From Micropepsaceae bacterium (GTDB lineage Bacteria; Pseudomonadota; Alphaproteobacteria; Micropepsales; Micropepsaceae): a stretch of DNA of 25,943 nucleotides. The translations under genes were made by a program, and so were the position numbers. Positions 1 through 6,732 of this stretch are shown here, piece after piece. The stretch's first letter is position 1, and every line of letters begins with the position of its first letter. The stretch is from NCBI GenBank assembly GCA_044351125.1, contig JBILGJ010000001.1, positions 1 to 25,943 of the forward strand, in the 5' to 3' direction. The notes under the pieces were generated by a model, which searched no databases, was not told the DNA's origin, and saw nothing but the letters and a program-made list of their open reading frames with translations.

Positions 1-12
1 ACCCACGTCTTT
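1..12 (+). repeat. 3' tail of a 34-bp REP-like palindromic element, truncated by the window edge
   Basis: 1-12 (acccacgtcttt) is identical to 417-428, and 1-10 is the reverse complement of 35-44. Confidence 0.7.
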
Positions 13-34
13 CCTTCAGCACCACACGCCGAAC

Positions 35-68
35 AGACGTGGGTGGTTCGCCTGCGCGAACCATGACA
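35..68 (-). repeat. 34-bp REP-like palindromic element (CGTC/TGTC-tagged type)
   Basis: Reverse complement reads tgtcatggttcgcgcaggcgaaccacccacgtct: 8-bp stem with GCAG loop, 29/34 identical to 393-426. Layout resembles the alphaproteobacterial GTCATGG-hairpin-CCACGTC repeats. Confidence 0.8.
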
Positions 69-107
69 GTGTTTTTTGACCAGGGTTCACTGATAGGCGC
101 GACCGGA

Positions 108-369
108 AGGGAGTTCGTCACTGAAGCGCGCCCTGCAGCGAGGAACTCCTCCGTCTGCCCGCCGCGCTATCGCGCGCCGGTCATCCACCTCCTCACTGCG
201 TGAGGAGGACCCAAACACTTTCGCTCTCCCTCGCTTGGGAGGGAGTACCCCGCGATAGCGGGGGGAGGGAGATCGTCAATGAAGCACGCCCTTCAGCGAG
301 GAACTCCTCCGTCCGCCCGCCGCGCTATCGCGCGCCGGTCATCCACCTCCTCGCAAGCGAGGAGGACCC
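108..369. repeat. Cluster 1 of a multi-hairpin intergenic mosaic repeat (about 1.7 units, 158-bp period)
   Basis: gaactcctcc recurs at 143 and 301. Hairpins at 188-208, 226-245, 248-263, 346-365. Same family as 4124-4504. Confidence 0.92.
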
Positions 370-392
370 AGACGATCCCCGCATAAAAACCT

Positions 393-426
393 TGTCATGG
401 TCTGCGAAGGCAGACCACCCACGTCT
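393..426 (+). repeat. 34-bp REP-like palindromic element (CGTC/TGTC-tagged type)
   Basis: tgtcatggtctgcgaaggcagaccacccacgtct: stem tggtctgc/gcagacca with GAAG loop; inverted relative to 35-68. Confidence 0.8.
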
Positions 427-438
427 TTCCTTCAGGGA

Positions 439-927
439 CTAGCGCTTCTTCTTCGCCTTGGCCTTGGCCTTTTCCTCGTCCGCCGCGATCTGCGCGTCGA
501 TGGCGGCCTGCGCGATCATCGTCAGCGCCTTGATGAACTCGGCCTTCAGGCGTTGCGGCAGCACGTCGAGGATGCCGGCTTCCGCACGCAGCATGGCGGG
601 CATGGCCGACCGCAGTGCGCGCCGGCCCACGGGCGTCAGGCGTACCGAATTCGCGCGTTGGTCGGCGTCCGTCCGCTTGCGGGCAAGAAGCTCCTTGCTC
701 TGCATGCGTACGATCATGTCAGCCAGCGTCGAGCGATCGATGCCGGTGGCCTGGACGAGTTCCGTCTGGCTGGCGCCTTCGCGCTTGTCGATGGCAAACA
801 GGACCGCGAACTGTCGCTGCGTCAGCGCCGAGCCATCTGCTTCATTCGTGTACAGATCATTGGCGAACTGGTTCGCGCGTCGCAGCAGGTGGCTGGGCGA
901 GGTCGCCAGGTCGAAGCTCTTTGCCAT
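439..927 (-). CDS. MarR family transcriptional regulator
   Basis: LTQRQFAVL...SQTELVQATGIDRSTLADMIVRMQSKELLARK...DQRANSVRLTPVG winged-helix pattern. Start set at the ATG at 927 (MAKSF) rather than the track's 972. Confidence 0.93.
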   Translation of the reverse strand: MAKSFDLATSPSHLLRRANQFANDLYTNEADGSALTQRQFAVLFAIDKREGASQTELVQATGIDRSTLADMIVRMQSKELLARKRTDADQRANSVRLTPVGRRALRSAMPAMLRAEAGILDVLPQRLKAEFIKALTMIAQAAIDAQIAADEEKAKAKAKKKR

Positions 928-939
928 TTTCCCGGTCCG

Positions 940-972
940 GTGAAATAATCGCACGCGAGTGCGAGGATTCAC
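940..972. promoter_or_regulatory. Imperfect inverted repeat in the divergent marR/NUDIX intergenic region (possible operator or leader hairpin)
   Basis: gtgaa(940-944)/ttcac(968-972) enclose tcgcac-gcga-gtgcga (949-964). Confidence 0.3.
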
Positions 973-1014
973 GGCGAATTTGAACCGGAACGTGCATTGA
1001 GGACAAGTGACATT

Positions 1015-1557
1015 ATGGACACTGGCTTTTCCCGGACGCCTTCACCACGCACCTGTTGCAGCTTTGAGCGTCGCGTGCCCGACGGGGACAACATGGAGCG
1101 CCACGTCTGCACAACATGCGGACACGTTCACTACGTAAACCCGAAGATTGTGGCCGGTGCCGTTTGTTCTTGGCACGGACGAATCCTGTTGTGCCGCCGC
1201 GCCATCGAGCCAAGGCACGGTTTCTGGACGATTCCCGCGGGTTACCTTGAAGAACAGGAGGCCCCCGCCGCAGGTGCAACGCGCGAAGCCTGGGAGGAGG
1301 CGCAGGCTCCCATCGTCATCGAGCGCCTGCTCGGCATATACGCTGTGCCGCGAATTTCGCAGGTGCAACTCATCTACCGCGCGACACTTGCACGCGAGGA
1401 ATTCGCCGCAGGCACCGAGAGCCTCGAAGTGCGCCTCTTCGCGTGGGAGGAGATTCCTTGGAACGAACTCGCCTTCCCGAGCGTCTGGTGGGCGCTGAAG
1501 AACCACCGCGAGGTCGAGGGCCGGCAGGACTTCGCCCCCTTTGAACGCGTGCTCTAG
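1015..1557 (+). CDS. NUDIX hydrolase with N-terminal zinc ribbon
   Basis: Nudix box GYLEEQEAPAAGATREAWEE; CTTCG knuckle followed by HYVNPKIV. ATG at 1015 chosen over TTG at 997. Confidence 0.92.
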   Translation: MDTGFSRTPSPRTCCSFERRVPDGDNMERHVCTTCGHVHYVNPKIVAGAVCSWHGRILLCRRAIEPRHGFWTIPAGYLEEQEAPAAGATREAWEEAQAPIVIERLLGIYAVPRISQVQLIYRATLAREEFAAGTESLEVRLFAWEEIPWNELAFPSVWWALKNHREVEGRQDFAPFERVL

Positions 1558-1564
1558 GCCTGGG

Positions 1565-1987
1565 TCAGCTGGTGGGCGACAGCGCGTTGGCGCGTGCACA
1601 GGCCGACACCGCAGCACTGCCCGTGCCTCCGGGCAATGCTTCGCTGCGCGTGACCGTCATCGCGCCGCCGGCCCCCGGATAGAGATAGACAAGCACCGTG
1701 CATCCCGCACGCGGCTTGCCATAGGTCCAAAGTTCAGCGCCCGCCTCGCGCCGCCGCACGGTGGGCTCGCCCCATATCTGCAGCAGGCGCGCCGCGTCCA
1801 GCCCCGCAAGCGATGAGGTCTCTTCGGTACGCGGGGCCGGTGCAGCAATCTCCGCCCGTGGTTCGCTTGCCGTTGCAGGCGCGGCCTCGGGCAGGGCAGG
1901 TGTCGTGCGGCTGGTGAATTCATTCAGCGTCTGGCAGCCGGCAGCGAGTGCGCACACGACAAGGGCCCCGACCACGCGCACCTGCAT
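1565..1987 (-). CDS. Predicted lipoprotein, function unknown
   Basis: Hydrophobic leader with lipobox LAAGC, Pro/Ala linker, then a compact domain (LLQIWGEP...AELWTY...CTVLVYLY). Starts 3 bp after the EI24-like stop. Confidence 0.75.
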   Translation of the reverse strand: MQVRVVGALVVCALAAGCQTLNEFTSRTTPALPEAAPATASEPRAEIAAPAPRTEETSSLAGLDAARLLQIWGEPTVRRREAGAELWTYGKPRAGCTVLVYLYPGAGGAMTVTRSEALPGGTGSAAVSACARANALSPTS

Positions 1988-1990
1988 CTC

Positions 1991-2653
1991 TCAGCCCTTC
2001 ACCAGTTTGTTGAATTCATGGGTCATCATCGCAGCCCCGAACAGGGGCACGAAGAAGTTCAGGAACGGGATCATCGACAAGACGGCGATCAGCGCACCAC
2101 CCAGGAACAGGCGCAGCCGGTGCTTGCGCCGCAATTGCCGCGCATCCGCCGCCGTCAGGTGGCGCAGCGCCGCCAGTTCGAAGAACGTGCGCCCGGCAAG
2201 ATAGCCGTTCACGAAGAACATCACGGCAGCGCCAATGCCGAACGAGGCCAGCGTAAGGGGGATCGACAGGAGGTTCAGCCCGAAGCTGACACCCGAAAAC
2301 ACGAGGCCCGCCCTCAGCATCCCCCAGAACCCTGTCCCGGCTCCATGCCGCACGCCCGCATAATGCTTCGCCTCGACGGCATCCGCGACCCGGTCGAGGA
2401 ACACGCTCGCGAACATCTGCGCCACCGGTGCGCCGAGGAAGATGAACGAGATCGTCAGCAGCGAGGCCGAGATGATCCGGAAGGCTTCCTTGACCCAGCT
2501 CAGGCCGAAGTCGGGCACATAAGTGACCACCCACTGCAGCCCGAACATCAGCCCCACAAAAAGCGCGACCGTGCCCACGAGGCCCAGCCAGAACACCCCG
2601 CGGAACCGGGCATCGAACATCTGCGACAAGGCGGCTGCGGCACTTGAGAACAT
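1991..2653 (-). CDS. EI24/CysZ-like membrane protein
   Basis: Several TM helices with FLDRVADAVEAKHY, NGYLAGRTFFE and IPFLNFFVPLFGAAMMTH motifs. Start set at the ATG at 2653. Confidence 0.88.
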   Translation of the reverse strand: MFSSAAAALSQMFDARFRGVFWLGLVGTVALFVGLMFGLQWVVTYVPDFGLSWVKEAFRIISASLLTISFIFLGAPVAQMFASVFLDRVADAVEAKHYAGVRHGAGTGFWGMLRAGLVFSGVSFGLNLLSIPLTLASFGIGAAVMFFVNGYLAGRTFFELAALRHLTAADARQLRRKHRLRLFLGGALIAVLSMIPFLNFFVPLFGAAMMTHEFNKLVKG

Positions 2654-2741
2654 GGGGACGCGGGCGGCTCTGGTTGTGCGGCGGGCAGTGATCCTGTACC
2701 TCACTGCCCATCTGTTCCGCGCAAGGTATAAGGAAACGGCA

Positions 2742-3737
2742 ATGCATCAAGCAAAATTCGACGTCCTGGCCGTCGGCAACGCCATCGTCGACGTCCTCGC
2801 CTCCACGACGGACGATTTCCTGAACCGCCACGGCATCGCCAAGGGCGCGATGACGCTGGTCGACAGCTTCCGCGCGGAACTCCTGGGCAAGTCCATGCAG
2901 GACGCCGTCGAGGCCTCGGGCGGTTCGGCCGCCAATACCATGGTGGGCATCGCGTCCTTCGGTGGCAGGGCCGCCTTCATCGGCAAGGTCAACGATGACC
3001 GCCTGGGGCAGGTTTTTGCCGAAGACATCCGCAAGGCGGGTGTGGATTTCGATGCAAGGCCCGTCTCCGGAGCGACGGCAACCGCCTCGAGCCACATTCT
3101 CGTCTCGCCTGATGGCCAGCGCTCGATGAACACGTTCCTCGGTTGCGCCTCCGACCTGCACGCACCCGACATGAAGGCCGACCGGATTGCCGAAGCCAGC
3201 ATCCTCTTCATCGAAGGCTACCTTTGGGACGCGCCTTCAACCAAGACCGCGATCCGCACCGCCATCGCCCATGCCCGCGCAGCCGGCCGCAAGGTGGCGC
3301 TCACGCTCTCCGATCCCTTCTGCGTGGGCCGCTGGCGCGAGGAATTCCTCGAGCTGATGAAGACCGACGTGGACATCCTCTTCGCCAACGAGGAAGAGGC
3401 CAAGTCGCTGTTCCAGTCACCGACCTTCGACAAGGCCTTCCAGTCCTTCCGCAGCTGGGGCAGGACCGCCGCCATCACGCGCTCGGCCAAGGGCTCCGTC
3501 GTCGTGGGCAATGGCGCGGTTCACATCATCGATGCCGAGCCCGTCGATCGGGTCATCGACACGACAGGCGCCGGCGACCAGTTCGCGGCCGGCTTCCTCT
3601 TCGGCCTCTCGCGGGGCCTGTCGCTCGATGTCTGCGGGCGCCTCGGCGGCATCGCCGCGGCCGAGGTCATCTCGCATTTTGGTCCGCGCCCGCAGGTCTC
3701 GCTGAAGGCGCTGGCCGTCGAAGCGGGCCTCGTCTGA
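2742..3737 (+). CDS. PfkB-family sugar/adenosine kinase
   Basis: GNAIVD, SGGSAANT, DTTGAGDQFAAGF signatures; SD-like aaggaa upstream of the ATG at 2742. Confidence 0.93.
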   Translation: MHQAKFDVLAVGNAIVDVLASTTDDFLNRHGIAKGAMTLVDSFRAELLGKSMQDAVEASGGSAANTMVGIASFGGRAAFIGKVNDDRLGQVFAEDIRKAGVDFDARPVSGATATASSHILVSPDGQRSMNTFLGCASDLHAPDMKADRIAEASILFIEGYLWDAPSTKTAIRTAIAHARAAGRKVALTLSDPFCVGRWREEFLELMKTDVDILFANEEEAKSLFQSPTFDKAFQSFRSWGRTAAITRSAKGSVVVGNGAVHIIDAEPVDRVIDTTGAGDQFAAGFLFGLSRGLSLDVCGRLGGIAAAEVISHFGPRPQVSLKALAVEAGLV

Positions 3738-3753
3738 CAGGAAAGGATACCCC

Positions 3754-4116
3754 ATGGAACTGCTCTCGGTGATTGGCGCAGGCGCAAGCCTCGCCCTCGG
3801 CCTCCTCAGCTTCGTATACCCGCAGGCAGGCCTGCGCCTCGTCGGCCTCCAGCTTGTGCCAGGCCTCGCGCACTCGATCTCCGAGGTGCGCGCGACCTAT
3901 GGCGGCATCTTCATCGGCATGTCGCTCTATGCGCTGCTCTCGCAGGAACCCCACGCCTTCCTCGCAGTTGCCGCCGCATGGATCATGGCGGCGCTGGCGC
4001 GCATCCTCTCGGCTCTCATCGATAACGCGATCACACCCGCCAACATCGGCGGCATCGTGGTCGAGTTGGCCATTGGCGGCCTGATCGCCTGGCCGTGGCT
4101 GCCGCTCCTCGCCTGA
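3754..4116 (+). CDS. DUF4345-like small membrane protein
   Basis: Four hydrophobic segments and a SEVRATYGGIFIG motif; SD aggaaagg upstream. Confidence 0.75.
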   Translation: MELLSVIGAGASLALGLLSFVYPQAGLRLVGLQLVPGLAHSISEVRATYGGIFIGMSLYALLSQEPHAFLAVAAAWIMAALARILSALIDNAITPANIGGIVVELAIGGLIAWPWLPLLA

Positions 4117-4123
4117 AGCGCCG

Positions 4124-4504
4124 CCTCCTCACTGCGTGAGGCGGACCCGCTCTCCCTCACTTGTGAGGGAGTACCCGCGCGTCAGCGCGGGGGAGGGAGT
4201 TCGTTTGTGAAGCGCGTCCTGCAGCGAGGAACTCCTCCGTCTGCCCGCCGCGCTATCGCGCGCCGGTCATCCACCTCCTCACTGCGTGAGGAGGACCTGC
4301 TCTCCCTCACTTGCGAGGGAGTACCCGCGCGTCAGCGCGGGGGAGGGAGTTCGTCGATGAAGCGCGCCCTGCTCGGAGGAACTCCTCCGTCTGCCCGCCG
4401 CGCTGCCGCGCGCCGGTCATCCACCTCCTCACTGCGTGAGGAGGACCCGCTCTCCCTCGCTTGCGAGGGAGTACCCGCGCGTCAGCGCGGGGGAGGGAGT
4501 TCGT
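4124..4504. repeat. Cluster 2 of the multi-hairpin mosaic repeat: exact 150-bp period, about 2.5 units, between convergent genes
   Basis: cctcctcactgcgtgag at 4124, 4274, 4424; gggagggagttc ends at 4202, 4352, 4502. Units 4203-4352 and 4353-4502 differ at 11 of 150 positions. Confidence 0.96.
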
Positions 4505-4517
4505 ATATGACGGGCAA

Positions 4518-4841
4518 CTACTTCACGATACCCTTGCGCGCAGCCTTGCTGTCGAGGCCCGAGCGGTCCTCGCGCGCCTGCAGTTCGGCATAAACGTCTT
4601 CGGGGTTCACGCCGCTCGACGCCCATAGCACGCAGAGGTGATAAAGCAGGTCGGCCGACTCCTCGACCTTCTCCTTGTACGTGCTGCCGAGGCACGCAAT
4701 GGCGACCTCCACCGCTTCCTCGCCAACCTTCTTTGCGCACTTGGCCGTTCCCTCCGACAGCAGCTTCGCCGTGTACGATTGGGACGGGTCAGAGGCCTTG
4801 CGAGCAAGCACCTGGCTGTGGAGGCGGTCGAAAGGATGCAT
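4518..4841 (-). CDS. hisE: Phosphoribosyl-ATP pyrophosphohydrolase
   Basis: SYTAKLLSEG..KCAKKVGEEAVE...ESADLLYHLCVLW motif. Start set at the ATG at 4841 (107 aa). Confidence 0.93.
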   Translation of the reverse strand: MHPFDRLHSQVLARKASDPSQSYTAKLLSEGTAKCAKKVGEEAVEVAIACLGSTYKEKVEESADLLYHLCVLWASSGVNPEDVYAELQAREDRSGLDSKAARKGIVK

Positions 4842-4973
4842 GGATGACACCGCAAGGAATTTGGAATCGGCAAGCCTGCAAGGTAACGCCCGGCCGCACG
4901 GGAGGCAAAAAAGGATTCTGCCAGTCACGCGCGACATGCTAACATGCCCAACTTTTCAGCACGTTAGTCCGCC

Positions 4974-5078
4974 ATGCGCGATCACAACCCACTCTCGGCG
5001 GGTCTTCTCGACCGCCTCGCCCCGGTTGCCGTTGCGGCAGCAACGCTCTGGCTTGCGTTCGTCTGGGCGCAGGCATGA
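4974..5078 (+). CDS. 34-aa single-TM small protein absent from the ORF track
   Basis: Translated by hand: MRDHNPLSAGLLDRLAPVAVAAATLWLAFVWAQA*. Its TGA overlaps the ATPase ATG (ATGA, 5075-5078). Confidence 0.65.
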   Translation: MRDHNPLSAGLLDRLAPVAVAAATLWLAFVWAQA

Positions 5079-5842
5079 CCCCTGCCATTACCCTCACGGA
5101 TGTTGTGGTTGCCTACCGCAGGCTTCCGGCCGTCCATCACATATCAGGGATATTCGAGCCCGGCACCCTGACAGCCATTGCGGGTCCCAACGGCGCTGGC
5201 AAGAGCACGCTGATGAAGGCCATCATGGGCCTGCTGCCATTGAGCAGCGGACGCATCGACACCGGGCGCGTCTCGCCAAGGCGCTTTGCCTATCTGCCCC
5301 AGGCGCCGGAAATCGATCGCAGTTTCCCGGTCTCCGTCCTTCAGACCGTGATGTTCGGCGCATGGCCTCGAAGCGGAGCCTTCCGTGCGGTCTCGAAAGT
5401 CGACCGTGAATGCGCGCGCGCCTGCATCGCCAATGTCGGTCTCGACGGCTACGAGCACGCCCCGATCGCCGCGCTCTCGACAGGGCAGTGGCATCGCGCC
5501 CTGTTTGCACGCCTGATCCTTCAGGACGCACGGGTCATACTTCTGGATGAACCCTTCGCCTCGCTCGACGAGCGCACGACCGACGAACTGATGGCGCTTG
5601 TCCACGGCTGGCACAACAATGGTCGCAGCGTGATTGCGGTCCTGCACGACCTCGCTTTCATCAGGCAGCACTTCCCCCAGACCCTGCTGATCGCCCGCGA
5701 GCGCGTCGCCTGGGGACCGACGGCCGAGGCGCTCTCCGATCCCAACCTGGCCACGGCCAAGTCCATGACCGACCGCTGGGCACGCGACGGAGAAATGAAA
5801 GAGCCGCCCCATCACGATCACACAGGCCACGCGCACGCATGA
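5075..5842 (+). CDS. Zn/Mn ABC transporter ATP-binding subunit (ZnuC/AztA-like)
   Basis: Walker A GPNGAGKST, Walker B ILLDEP, H-loop VLHD, His-rich C-terminus HHDHTGHAHA. Confidence 0.93.
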   Translation: MTPAITLTDVVVAYRRLPAVHHISGIFEPGTLTAIAGPNGAGKSTLMKAIMGLLPLSSGRIDTGRVSPRRFAYLPQAPEIDRSFPVSVLQTVMFGAWPRSGAFRAVSKVDRECARACIANVGLDGYEHAPIAALSTGQWHRALFARLILQDARVILLDEPFASLDERTTDELMALVHGWHNNGRSVIAVLHDLAFIRQHFPQTLLIARERVAWGPTAEALSDPNLATAKSMTDRWARDGEMKEPPHHDHTGHAHA

Positions 5843-6732
5843 GCGAGCTCTACAGCCTCCTTGTGACCCCCTTCGTGGAATTCAGCTTCATGCGCCGTGC
5901 GCTGGTCGCCTGCCTGGCGCTGAGCCTCGGCGCCGGACCCATTGGCGTCTTCCTCGTCCTCAGGCGCATGAGCCTGATGGGCGATGCCGTCAGCCACGCG
6001 GTCCTGCCAGGTGTTGCCGTCGGCTACCTGCTTTCGGGGCTCTCGGTCTGGGCAATGAGCCTCGGTGGCGTGATCGCAGGCCTTGTGGTGGCGCTCCTCG
6101 CAGGCATGACATCGCGCGCGACCGGCATGAAGGAGGACGCAAGCCTCGCCGGCTTCTACCTCGCAAGCCTCGCCCTGGGCGTGCTCATCGTCTCGGCCGC
6201 CGGATCGTCGGTTGACCTGCTGCACATCCTCTTCGGCTCGATCCTTGCTGTCGATGACGAGGGCCTGCTTCTGGTGGTGGGCGTCGCCACGCTCTCGATG
6301 CTGGTCCTCGCCACCATCTACCGAACGCTGGTTCTGGAATGCTTCGACCCCGTCTTTGCCCGTGCCGTCGGGGCAGGGGGCGGATGGGCCTATGGCATCT
6401 TCATGGGCCTCGTCGTGCTGAACCTCGTGGCCGCCTTCCAGGCGCTTGGCACGCTGATGGCGGTCGGCCTGATGATGCTGCCCGCGCTGGCTGCCCGGTT
6501 CTGGTCCGAGGACATAGGACCGATCCTCGTGACGGCGACGATCTTCGCCGTGATCTCGAGTATCAGCGGCCTGCTTGTGTCGTTCCACGTCGAGATCGCC
6601 TCGGGCCCGGCGATCGTTCTGTCTGCGGCGGTCATCTACATCGCATCCATCCTGCTGGGCACGCGCTCGGGCCTCGTCGGCCGCCTGCTGCGCCGCCCGC
6701 ATTACCACGACCCCAAGGAGGTCAGGCGATGA
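5839..6732 (+). CDS. Zn/Mn ABC transporter permease (ZnuB/AztB-like)
   Basis: GVFLVLRRMSLMGDAVSHAVLPG, HILFGSILAV and GTLMAVGLMMLPA motifs; ATGA overlaps at both ends. Confidence 0.94.
   Translation: MSELYSLLVTPFVEFSFMRRALVACLALSLGAGPIGVFLVLRRMSLMGDAVSHAVLPGVAVGYLLSGLSVWAMSLGGVIAGLVVALLAGMTSRATGMKEDASLAGFYLASLALGVLIVSAAGSSVDLLHILFGSILAVDDEGLLLVVGVATLSMLVLATIYRTLVLECFDPVFARAVGAGGGWAYGIFMGLVVLNLVAAFQALGTLMAVGLMMLPALAARFWSEDIGPILVTATIFAVISSISGLLVSFHVEIASGPAIVLSAAVIYIASILLGTRSGLVGRLLRRPHYHDPKEVRR

Noticed and set aside
200-442. 80-aa ORF across repeat cluster 1
   Set aside because: It lies almost entirely in repeat DNA. The same sequence gives a different peptide in another frame at cluster 2.
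4124-4504. CRISPR-like or guide-RNA array
   Set aside because: The intervening 26-nt segments are mostly identical to each other rather than unique spacers, the period is 150 bp, and no cas or effector gene is nearby.
4207-4593. 128-aa ORF with an internally repeated peptide
   Set aside because: It arises from reading the 150-bp repeat (a multiple of 3) in frame, overlaps hisE antisense, and has no SD or protein features.
6339-6728. N-terminal extension of the binding protein in the ORF track
   Set aside because: It overlaps the permease; the signal peptide and ATGA coupling place the start at 6729. The same logic applies to the track extensions of the kinase (2523), WD40 (8546), rdgB (15448) and rsmI (18561) ORFs.
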